DNA of 14,942 nt from an uncultured Thermococci archaeon (GCA_964615185.1 CAZTOS010000035.1:1-14942), one strand, 5' to 3'; positions 7,593 through 14,942 are shown, counted from the first letter of the stretch. Notes: generated by a model from the sequence alone, not told the origin. Program-made: numbers and translations.

Positions 7593-8480
7593 TCATTTCC
7601 CGGTGCAGATGATGTTCTTGCCGCTACACCTGTCCACTTCGAGCTGGACGGTGACGTGGGTTATTCCAAACTTTCTCAGCCTCTTTTCGGCCTCGTCGAT
7701 AATCTTCTGCGCCTCGCTCAGGGGCATATCTTTAACCTCAACGTGGCACTCGAAGTGAACCTCATCCTCTCCAACGCGCCAGGCATGGAAGTGGTGTGCG
7801 TTTTTAACGCCTGAGATTGCTTCGAGCTCTGCCTTTATCGCCCTAAGGTCGAGTTCGGGGGATGCCTCCATGAGCACTTCGATGCTTTCCCTGAGGATTT
7901 CGTACGCCTCGCGGAGGATGTAGAGCGCTATGAGAACCGTGATGAGAGGGTCAATCCAGAGGATGTCCCTTTTTATTATCGCTATTCCACCTGCGACGAC
8001 GGCCACAGAGGAGAGGGTATCACTCAACAGATGCAGATATGCAGAGCGGACGTTGAGGCCGTGTGCGTGACTGTGCAGGAGAAGGACTGAGAGAAGGTTG
8101 GCGAAGAGGCCGATTAAAGCCACGCCCAGCATAAGCGGGCCGTCTATTGGTTCGGGGTTCTTATAGCGCCTGTAGGCTTCGACGAGAAGGAGCAACGAAA
8201 CTCCCACGAGAACTGCTGAGTTGATGAATGCCACGAGGATTTCGGCCCTCTTGTAGCCGAAGGTGTACTTTTCGTTGGCCTTTCGCTCGCCGATTTTTAT
8301 GGCGAAGTAGCTCGCGAGCAGGCCCATGCTGTCGCCCAAGTTGTGGATTGAGTCGCTGAGAAGGGCTAGACTGCCAGAGAGAAGCCCGCCCACTATCTCG
8401 GCGAGAGCTATACCCATGTTGAGGGCGAAGGAAAGGAGCATCCTTCCCTTAACTTCGCCAGTGTGATGCTGGTGGCCCAT
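7593..8480 (-). CDS. czcD: Cation diffusion facilitator (CzcD/ZitB-like Zn/Co/Cd efflux)
   Basis: SGSLALLSDSIHNLGD, YTFGYKRAEIL, NVRSAYLHLLSD, AHHFHAW and GITHVTVQLE. His-rich N-terminus MGHQHH. RBS GGAGGT before ATG 8480. Confidence 0.92.
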   Translation of the reverse strand: MGHQHHTGEVKGRMLLSFALNMGIALAEIVGGLLSGSLALLSDSIHNLGDSMGLLASYFAIKIGERKANEKYTFGYKRAEILVAFINSAVLVGVSLLLLVEAYRRYKNPEPIDGPLMLGVALIGLFANLLSVLLLHSHAHGLNVRSAYLHLLSDTLSSVAVVAGGIAIIKRDILWIDPLITVLIALYILREAYEILRESIEVLMEASPELDLRAIKAELEAISGVKNAHHFHAWRVGEDEVHFECHVEVKDMPLSEAQKIIDEAEKRLRKFGITHVTVQLEVDRCSGKNIICTGK

Positions 8481-8512
8481 TTTTAACCTCCGTGGGGTTT
8501 CTTTATCCGGCA

Positions 8513-8527
8513 TATAAAAGGCTTTCG
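8513..8527 (-). promoter_or_regulatory. BRE/TATA promoter of the CDF gene
   Basis: Minus-strand CGAAAGCCTTTTATA, about 33 nt upstream of ATG 8480. Confidence 0.6.
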
Positions 8528-8717
8528 AACGCTAAGACACCCATGGAAAAGGATTTTATTTGAATTGTCAAGTGGGATGGCTCTTTCAAGATTAACATGA
8601 ACACAGACGGTCACAACGCCGGGAAAGATACCGAGAAGTACGGGACGGTCTTCAACACGGTGGAGAGGAGAAGATGAGGGAGAGACCATAAGAGATGAGA
8701 AAAGGCTTCTCCGGATA

Positions 8718-9458
8718 TCATGTGAACCTCCTCTCCAGAACTTTTCTGTGGATTGCACTGCCCGTGAGGAAGAATGCAGAGCCAAACAGGGCCAGCATTA
8801 AAAGGTCAAGCCACACGGGAAGGTAGCCCTTCCCAAGTGAATGCCTCAGGGCGTCAACATAGTAGGTGAGCGGAGAGATGAAGGAAATCCACCTGCCGTA
8901 GGCTGGCAGGTTTTCGATGGGGACGAAGATGCCGCTGATGAAGAGGAGCGAGAACTTAACGACTGATGACAGCATCATTACATCAGCCGGAACATCAGTA
9001 GGAGGATAAGAGGACATGAGGACTGTCATTGCGGAGAAGCATCCGATCGCTAAGAGGGTGGAGAGGACGAAGAGCCAGATGGAAGGGTGGATTGAGAGGT
9101 AGAGTATTGCGGGAACGGCTATGGTGAATGTTATCGCCAACCCGAAGTATAGGGAAGCCTGAAAGTCGCCGAGGAGTACCGTTGTTAGTGAAACTGGAGC
9201 AGTTATGAGTCTCTCGAATGTCCTTCCCCTGCACTCCCATGGGATTATCGTGGGGCCAACGGCCGTTGATGTGAAGAAGGCGGTCATGGCCGTTAGACTA
9301 ACGAGGAGATGACCACCCGAGAGGTTGCGTCCTATCATGAAAGCTAAGAATAGGAAGAAGGGGAAGAGGAGGCCCATTATCACGACGGGCCCCTTGAGGT
9401 AGAAGATGCGCATGTCCTTCTTCGCTATGGCAAATGAGCGCTTTAAGGTCTCAATCAT
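8718..9458 (-). CDS. ABC-2 type exporter permease
   Basis: About 6 TM segments; WEC.GRTFERLITAPVS; FISGIFVPIENLP...ISFISPLTYYVDALR. RBS GGTGAG before ATG 9458, overlapping the ATPase stop. Confidence 0.9.
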   Translation of the reverse strand: MIETLKRSFAIAKKDMRIFYLKGPVVIMGLLFPFFLFLAFMIGRNLSGGHLLVSLTAMTAFFTSTAVGPTIIPWECRGRTFERLITAPVSLTTVLLGDFQASLYFGLAITFTIAVPAILYLSIHPSIWLFVLSTLLAIGCFSAMTVLMSSYPPTDVPADVMMLSSVVKFSLLFISGIFVPIENLPAYGRWISFISPLTYYVDALRHSLGKGYLPVWLDLLMLALFGSAFFLTGSAIHRKVLERRFT

Positions 9459-10377
9459 TTTCCTCACCTACCAGAGCCAGAAATACGTCCTCCAGTGAGG
9501 GGGAGAGAGTTCTCAGGCTCACTATCCTCAGCCCCTTCCTTTCGGCGTAGTGAACAAGCTCCTTAACCGTTGCATCGGGGTCGTTCGTAAAAACCCTCGC
9601 CTTATCCCCCATCAGCTCGACCTTCGTCGCGGAGGCTATCTCCGAGGGCTCAAGCTTCATCGGCTCAAAGCTGACCTCCACGGAAACACTTCCCCTGACC
9701 AGTTGCTTGAGCTTCTCGGGCGTGTCAATCGCTATGAGCCGCCCTTTCCTTATGATTCCAATCCTCTCGCACAGCTCGTTTGCGTCAACCATGTTGTGGG
9801 TCGTCATGAATATAGTCTTCCCCTTCCTCTTCTCCTCGCGGATTACGTCCTTTATCAGGCGTGCGCTTATGACGTCGAGCCCGCTCGTCGGTTCATCAAG
9901 GATTAAAAGCTCGGGGTCGCTTATCATGGCCATTGCGAGGATGAGACGTTGCCTCATACCTTTGGAAAAGGCCCTTACCTTCACGTTCCTCTTCTCATAG
10001 AGGCCAAACAGCTTGAGGAGTTCAATTGAGCGCTTCTCTATCTCCCTCTTTTCCATCCCGTAGAGCTCGCCCATGAGCTTGAGGTTCTGCATCGCCGTTA
10101 AATCCACGTAAGGGTTTGCCATCTCTGGAACTATGCCCATCCTTTCCCTCGCCTTTATCTTTTCCCTCTCGTCGAGCATGTCATAGCCGAGAACCCTTAT
10201 CTCTCCGGAGCTTGGCCTCAAAACGCCGGTAATAGTTCTGACGGTGGTTGTTTTTCCTGCCCCATTCGGGCCGAGGAAACCAAAAATCTCACCCTTTTCA
10301 ACTTCAAAGCTCACGTTATCAACGGCGAGAAAGGAACCGTAGTACTTGGTAAGCTCAACGACTTCTATGGCATTCAC
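9451..10377 (-). CDS. ABC exporter ATP-binding protein (DrrA/NodI-like)
   Basis: GFLGPNGAGKTT, FSKGMRQRL, LILDEPTSGLD, TTHNM and C-terminal PSLEDVFL. GTG start with GGAGGT RBS. Confidence 0.93.
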   Translation of the reverse strand: MNAIEVVELTKYYGSFLAVDNVSFEVEKGEIFGFLGPNGAGKTTTVRTITGVLRPSSGEIRVLGYDMLDEREKIKARERMGIVPEMANPYVDLTAMQNLKLMGELYGMEKREIEKRSIELLKLFGLYEKRNVKVRAFSKGMRQRLILAMAMISDPELLILDEPTSGLDVISARLIKDVIREEKRKGKTIFMTTHNMVDANELCERIGIIRKGRLIAIDTPEKLKQLVRGSVSVEVSFEPMKLEPSEIASATKVELMGDKARVFTNDPDATVKELVHYAERKGLRIVSLRTLSPSLEDVFLALVGEEND

Positions 10378-10392
10378 ATCGGCAACCTCCAG

Positions 10393-10426
10393 ATGAACTA
10401 AAGTTCATGGGTTTAAAACCCTTTCC
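10393..10426 (-). promoter_or_regulatory. TATA promoter with adjacent palindromic operator for the ABC exporter
   Basis: Minus-strand GAAAGGGTTTTAAA followed by the perfect inverted repeat ATGAACT-AA-AGTTCAT at 10393-10408. Confidence 0.7.
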
Positions 10427-10491
10427 CGGTTTGCCACTGAGGAATTCATCCAACAGAAGCCCGAAATGAGAGTAAATCTAAAAAGTTAAAA

Positions 10492-11520
10492 TCAGGAAGC
10501 TCCAGGAACAGCTTCCTCCTCTAAAACCCTGCACTTCCACAGACCTGCTATCTTCCTCCAAGCCTTGACGTAGCTAATCAGGAACGGTATCTGGAGGATT
10601 GGGGCCACCGCGGGCGCTATGGCCATGAGTCCCGTTCCTGCGGCAAGGGCTATGGCCATCGCCGTCCCCTCGTTCTTTCCAACGGAGGTAAACGTTATTG
10701 CCATGTGATCTCTGTAGGGAATTCCAACAGCTTTGTCCACGAGGGTCATGAAGAGCAGGGCGGTTGTGTAGTAGATGACCAGAGGAATCAGGGCGATGCC
10801 GGCGATGCTTGGTTTGCTGGCTATGAGCCTTGCCTTCTCCATGAATATCAGGAAGACTATGGTGTACATGCCCATGAGCGAGACTGCCGGGAAGGCAGCT
10901 TTTATCCTCAGGAAGCCCTCTGGGCCGAGTTTTCTCATGAGGTAAGACCTCGTGAGAATGCCAAGTATCATGGGCGTTATGACGACTATTAGGATTGTCT
11001 TGACGAGGAGCCAGGCCGAGATTGAGACGTGATAGCTCGATGCGAAGAGCTTGAGCCATGCCGGAACCGTCACGATTGCCAGCGTGAAGCTTAATGCAAC
11101 TACTATGGTCGCCAGCTCGATGTTGCCCTTGGTGAAGCCGGTGTAGGCTATGCTCATCGAGGAGCATGGCACGACAACGGCTAAGAGAAGCCCGAGGGCG
11201 AGCGTGTGGTTTATGGGGTGGATAAGGCTGGTCAGCCATATTGCCCCGTACATTATGAGCGGGGAAATAACAAGTCCCATTGTGAGGGCTATGGCCAGCT
11301 GCTTTCCGAGCTTGGCACTGTTCTTGAGCTCTCCAAGGCGGAGGTTAATCATCATTGGGTATATCATGCTAATGACAACGAGCATGTTTAGAGTTTTGAG
11401 CGTGTCATGGTAGGGCTTGAGGTTCGTGTGCGTTCCGACGTAAAAGCCCGTTATCATGGCGAGCGTGACGTAAACGGGAAGGTACTTATCGAGGTGGTTC
11501 TTGAGCTTCAGCCAGTTCAT
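10492..11520 (-). CDS. Acr3/BASS-family transporter (arsenite-efflux-like, TM4 Cys retained)
   Basis: About 10 TM segments; MIYPMM, GLLLAVVVPCSSMS.AYT.FTKGN, P.ILG...R and KNEGTAMAIA. Confidence 0.85.
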   Translation of the reverse strand: MNWLKLKNHLDKYLPVYVTLAMITGFYVGTHTNLKPYHDTLKTLNMLVVISMIYPMMINLRLGELKNSAKLGKQLAIALTMGLVISPLIMYGAIWLTSLIHPINHTLALGLLLAVVVPCSSMSIAYTGFTKGNIELATIVVALSFTLAIVTVPAWLKLFASSYHVSISAWLLVKTILIVVITPMILGILTRSYLMRKLGPEGFLRIKAAFPAVSLMGMYTIVFLIFMEKARLIASKPSIAGIALIPLVIYYTTALLFMTLVDKAVGIPYRDHMAITFTSVGKNEGTAMAIALAAGTGLMAIAPAVAPILQIPFLISYVKAWRKIAGLWKCRVLEEEAVPGAS

Positions 11521-12005
11521 TCTTCATCACCCCCGCACTCGGGGTGCGTTTTTATCACAAGAACGGGCTTCTTCGTTTTTCTCAGCACGCGGATGGTCGT
11601 GGAGCCAAGAAGCTCATGCGAAAAGCCGAGCTTTCCGTGGCTGGGCAAGAGTATGAGCGACACGTCCTCCTCATCGGCGACCTTAACAATCTCCTCCCAT
11701 GGGAGGCCGAACCTAACCATAGGTTTCACGTTTTCAGTGCCAAAGATTTTCTTGCATTCCTCCACCTTAGCCTGAAGCTTTTCCATGGTTTTCTTAAGCA
11801 GTTCCTCTTTGATGGCCTCGATTTCCAGCTCCTCATCGTTATAGAGGAGTGAGTAGCCGTTGAGGAGGTCCTCAAGGGTTCCCTCGTCTATCACGTGAAG
11901 GAGAACCACCTCTCCAACTGGCACGTTGTTAGCCTTCTCGAAGCGCTTTGCCGCCCTGTACGCTCCCTCGCTAAAATCCGTTGGAAAAAGTATTTTCCTA
12001 AACAT
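11517..12005 (-). CDS. Universal stress protein (UspA family)
   Basis: MFRKILFPTDFS, VVLLHVID and G.PWEEIVKVA...LILLPSHGK.......LGSTT.RVLR.TKKPVLVIK. RBS AGGTGA before ATG 12005; ATGA coupling to the Acr3 gene. Confidence 0.95.
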   Translation of the reverse strand: MFRKILFPTDFSEGAYRAAKRFEKANNVPVGEVVLLHVIDEGTLEDLLNGYSLLYNDEELEIEAIKEELLKKTMEKLQAKVEECKKIFGTENVKPMVRFGLPWEEIVKVADEEDVSLILLPSHGKLGFSHELLGSTTIRVLRKTKKPVLVIKTHPECGGDEE

Positions 12006-12048
12006 CAATTTCACCTGTTATATTTTTCATTTCAAATATTTTTCATAT

Positions 12049-12079
12049 ATTAGGTTACCCTAATTGCTTTTAAGGTTTG
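12049..12079 (-). promoter_or_regulatory. Promoter of the usp-acr3 operon with a DtxR/MntR-like operator
   Basis: Minus-strand AAACCTTAAAA TATA at about 12068-12078. Near-palindrome ATTAGGTTACCCTAAT at 12049-12064 lies just downstream of it. Confidence 0.65.
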
Positions 12080-12260
12080 CTGGTCAGAGGTGGGTATTAG
12101 AAGGTATACACTGGTCATTCCCAAAGGTTTGCCCGGCCACATTATAGGTTCACCAATAAAAAGATAGCCTCAGGGTGTTGGGGGAAAGCTTTATGGATTT
12201 CGCTGTAAAGGTTTAAAAAAGCAAAAACCCGATGACCTAAAATGGATAATAACCCCCCGC

Positions 12261-12632
12261 TCAGACCTCCTTAAGAGCCTCTTCAATTCTTTCTATCAGA
12301 TGTGTTGCTGCTAAGCCAATGTCGTCCACGACCTCAACAGAAGAAGTCTCATAGCAGGGGGTTCTCATGTTAAGTTCCTCTTCAAGGTTGATGTACTTAT
12401 CATAGCGGATTCCCAGCTCGTCGGCAGTTTTCTTTGCACACTTCAGAGAGCAGGAATCCAAGAGTATAACGTATTTGGCGTTTTTTATTCTTTCAACTAC
12501 CTCCGGAACCCCTCTTGTAATTGCCATGAGCGGGCACAGCACAACATTATCCCCGAGCTTCTTTAGGGCTTCCAGTGCAATCAGCTCGGAAAGGGACTCC
12601 CCGCACGTTACGAGACAAACCAGTGGGGGCAC
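12261..12632 (-). CDS. DGC-domain-like putative zinc-binding protein
   Basis: Cys pattern CLVTCG...VLCPL...ILLDSCSLKCAKK (DGC motif variant). The start codon is uncertain (see findings). Confidence 0.78.
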   Translation of the reverse strand: MPPLVCLVTCGESLSELIALEALKKLGDNVVLCPLMAITRGVPEVVERIKNAKYVILLDSCSLKCAKKTADELGIRYDKYINLEEELNMRTPCYETSSVEVVDDIGLAATHLIERIEEALKEV

Positions 12633-13649
12633 TCATCTCTCATCACCTATGGGGATATTGGTTTCAACGTATATACGCCTTGCCCTCAGAATGGCGAAGA
12701 GCCTTACGAAGAGTATCATGAGTATCATGTCGCTGAAAGGTCCTCCCAAAGCTGTCCCAACTGCCGCGAGGGGACCAAACGTCCCTATTGCCATTGCCGT
12801 TGCAAGTGTCATGTTGGAGCCAGTTGAATACACGAGTGATATGTTATGCTCCAGAGGAAAGCCAAGCGCTTTTCCAGTGAAGTAAGCTATGGCCGCACGT
12901 GTTAGGAAGTAGGCATTCATCATGAGCGCTCCTGCAATTATAATCTCCGGTCTCTCGGCTATCATCTTCCCGTTTATGCCGAAGACCACGGTTATCATCC
13001 AGTACATGCCGAGGAGTGAGAGGCCCACAAGGGGCTCCTTGAGCTTCATGAGGGTCTCTTCGCCTTTCCACCTCAGAACCGCGTACTTCGTCAGCTGGCC
13101 CGCCACGAGGGGCACTATGATATAGAGGACGAGCGACTTGAGGAGTAGCCACGTGGGGACTTTTATGAGCGTGTGGAGGAGCAACTTAGCGTAGACGGGC
13201 ATGACGAAGAGCGAGAGGATGAATGTCCACACGACGCCCACAAGTGTCAGCTGGAACCTTCCGCCCGCGAGGTTCGTGAATGCTGGAGCCGAGCTGGGGA
13301 GGGGGGCGAGGCTTATCAGCACAACCCCGGCGAGCAGTCTCGGGTCAGTGTTCGGCATTACCGCAAGCCAGAACTTGATGAGGAGCCACGTTAAAGCTGG
13401 GAAGAGAATGACATAGAACGCTGTCACGGCCACGAGATACTTCGTCTTTATCTCAGTTCTCGTCGTGAACGCCTTTCTTATGTCCATGAACACCATTGGC
13501 TGGAAGAGCATCATAAAGAGCGCAATCGGTAGCGTCCATTTAAGAGATAGGAACATATCCCTGTGATGAATGCCAGCATAACTCGATAAGAGGATGAGCG
13601 TGAAGACGATGTAGGTCATCTTCTCCTTCAGGAACTTTACAATCTTCAT
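12633..13649 (-). CDS. Second, divergent Acr3/BASS-family transporter (no cysteine)
   Basis: LFMMLFQPM, AGVVLISLAPLPSSAPAFTNLAGG, IIVPLVAGQLT and GSNMTLATAMAI. RBS GGAGGTG before ATG 13649. Confidence 0.82.
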   Translation of the reverse strand: MKIVKFLKEKMTYIVFTLILLSSYAGIHHRDMFLSLKWTLPIALFMMLFQPMVFMDIRKAFTTRTEIKTKYLVAVTAFYVILFPALTWLLIKFWLAVMPNTDPRLLAGVVLISLAPLPSSAPAFTNLAGGRFQLTLVGVVWTFILSLFVMPVYAKLLLHTLIKVPTWLLLKSLVLYIIVPLVAGQLTKYAVLRWKGEETLMKLKEPLVGLSLLGMYWMITVVFGINGKMIAERPEIIIAGALMMNAYFLTRAAIAYFTGKALGFPLEHNISLVYSTGSNMTLATAMAIGTFGPLAAVGTALGGPFSDMILMILFVRLFAILRARRIYVETNIPIGDER

Positions 13650-13688
13650 CCTAACCACCTCCTAATTCATCGTTTGGAAAAATAAAGC

Positions 13689-14003
13689 TCAGGCGAGCCA
13701 GAGAAAGCCCACCACCCTTCCGTCCTTCACGAGCTGGACTTTCGTTCCCCATTTTCCGTGCCAGTAGGCACCAACTTCGAGTTCTCTTGGCTCAACATTC
13801 TCCCAGAGCTCTCCGATTATCTTCCCGTCAATGACCAAGGGGATGTGAATGGTTCCACACCGACCCCTCCATACGGCGCCCTTTGTGGCTTTCTCAAGCA
13901 GTGCCTTCGCTTTTGCCCTAATCTCCTCGTAGCTTGGCTCTTTCTCCATCACGTAGCCAAACCTTCCAACCTTCCACTTCCATCCGGGAACACCAAACGG
14001 CAT
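13689..14003 (-). CDS. Hypothetical protein with an internal Trp/Gly-rich duplication
   Basis: Strong RBS GGAGGTGG before ATG 14003. First gene of the minus-strand operon. Two copies of GA.W.G..GT....LV.DG...G.LW. Confidence 0.8.
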   Translation of the reverse strand: MPFGVPGWKWKVGRFGYVMEKEPSYEEIRAKAKALLEKATKGAVWRGRCGTIHIPLVIDGKIIGELWENVEPRELEVGAYWHGKWGTKVQLVKDGRVVGFLWLA

Positions 14004-14029
14004 CTCAACCACCTCCATCTTTTCTGTTT

Positions 14030-14110
14030 TATAATATTACAAAAGTATTTATAAAGTTTTCTATAATATTCGAGCTAAGCTCACACAAAAACGGTAATTT
14101 TATAAAGTTT
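14030..14110. promoter_or_regulatory. Divergent promoter region between the operon and the regulator
   Basis: Two TTTATAAA boxes (14048-14055, 14099-14106). TATAATATT is repeated at 14030-14038 and 14062-14070. Palindrome GAGCT-A-AGCTC at 14072-14082. Confidence 0.65.
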
Positions 14111-14137
14111 GCCAGTTAACAATTAACGGTGATAGAA

Positions 14138-14467
14138 ATGCCAAAGTGGATGATGGGCGATATGGCCAATTTGAAGAGCCTGATGATGATGCTCAAACCC
14201 CTGATGGCCGAGCCAAGGCGGAGCATCATAAAAATCCTGAGCGAGGGCGTCAAGGGGACGAACGAGATCTACCGGGCACTATGGGAGAGAGGTCTCAACA
14301 TGCCCCGTTCAACCCTTTACTACCACCTCTCGGCCCTTGAGGACATGGGGATAATCGAGATGGTGGGCTATCGAGAAGAAGGTGGGGGAGCACCTGAGAA
14401 GCTCTGGAAGCTCAGGGTCAGGAAGGTTGGGATAGACCTCGTCACTGGAGAGATATTCAAGGAATAA
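14138..14467 (+). CDS. ArsR-like winged-helix transcriptional regulator
   Basis: L.AEPRRSIIKIL...GTNEIY..L......PRSTLYYHLSALEDMGIIE...GGGAPEKLWKL. RBS GGTGA before ATG 14138. Confidence 0.88.
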   Translation: MPKWMMGDMANLKSLMMMLKPLMAEPRRSIIKILSEGVKGTNEIYRALWERGLNMPRSTLYYHLSALEDMGIIEMVGYREEGGGAPEKLWKLRVRKVGIDLVTGEIFKE

Positions 14468-14545
14468 CGCTGAAAAAGAAAACTCAGAGCACCCTATCTC
14501 TCAAAGAGTATTACGGAGAGAATGAGGCATGTCAAGTAGACGGCT

Positions 14546-14739
14546 ATGATCTTAAAAGTCGCAGGTGTTGTGGTGAACTGGAGTCCGGTTTAGGCTTTGC
14601 AAGGGCAAATAACCTTTGTTGATCCAATGCTTCTGCAGTCTTTGGACTTCCAAGAATGAGACCAACCTTTGGAGGAATGCTCTTAAGCGGAAAGAGAGTT
14701 GCTGAAGTGGCTTTAGAGAAGCTCAAAGAACTGGAGTGA
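14546..14739 (+). pseudogene. thi4: Thi4 thiazole synthase remnant (5'-truncated, nonsense codon, internal deletion)
   Basis: [23 protein letters not shown] (14555-14626), then in another frame [35 protein letters not shown] (to 14739). Both are recognisable Thi4 motifs. Not in the ORF track. Confidence 0.88.
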
Positions 14740-14761
14740 TCCCGATGGAGATTCACATTGA

Positions 14762-14792
14762 GGATTCCCTTTGGGGCTCCTTTTCATTTTTT
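14762..14792 (+). terminator. Hairpin plus oligo-T terminator after the thi4 remnant
   Basis: GGATTCCC-TTT-GGGGCTCC imperfect stem followed by TTTTCATTTTTT. Confidence 0.5.
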
Positions 14793-14915
14793 AAGGAGAT
14801 TAGGAAGGTTTTCAATTACTAGAGCAAAAACCCCGCCCAGAGGTGCGGGCAGTTCATCAGAAAAATCTTCCAAATTTTAATATGGTTAGATGCAAAATTT
14901 AATGAGGTGATTTTC

Positions 14916-14942
14916 ATGCAAAGAGCCCTTGTAACTCTAACC
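14916..14942 (+). CDS. 5' end of a gene running off the window (MQRALVTLT...)
   Basis: RBS GAGGTGA at 14904-14910, 5 nt before ATG, with an open frame to the window end. Confidence 0.6.

Noticed and set aside
8483..8785. 100-aa minus-strand ORF between the permease and the CDF gene
   Set aside because: It overlaps the permease end and the CDF promoter and RBS, and its composition is not protein-like.
10574..11239. 221-aa same-strand alternative-frame ORF within acr3, and similar ones at 8995-9240 and 12844-13152
   Set aside because: His/Arg/Pro-rich frames are expected from GC3-rich hydrophobic genes read out of frame.
14544..14756. 70-aa minus-strand ORF
   Set aside because: Antisense of the thi4 remnant.

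Overview
Archaeal DNA, most likely Thermococcales, judged from GGAGGTG/GGTGA ribosome-binding sites, BRE-TATA promoters and the IS types present. It looks like a mosaic accessory island centred on metal homeostasis. From left to right it holds: the end of an IS982-like element; an Old Yellow Enzyme/2,4-dienoyl-CoA-reductase-type flavoprotein with altered catalytic residues; a divergent extra TATA-binding protein; and a decayed IS1595. Next come an AT-rich ZnuA/FmdE/ZnuC/ZnuB-type metal ABC importer operon, a non-coding IS200/IS605-like left end with a promoter and a highly structured ~150-nt RNA, and a CruF/DUF422-like membrane protein. A minus-strand block follows (CDF efflux pump, ABC-2 exporter, two divergent Acr3/BASS transporters, USP, DGC protein, internally repeated hypothetical protein), divergent from a Cys-free, Met-rich ArsR-like regulator. 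The window ends with a thi4 pseudogene remnant and the start of a further gene. All family calls come from motif recognition by eye; no database search was run.
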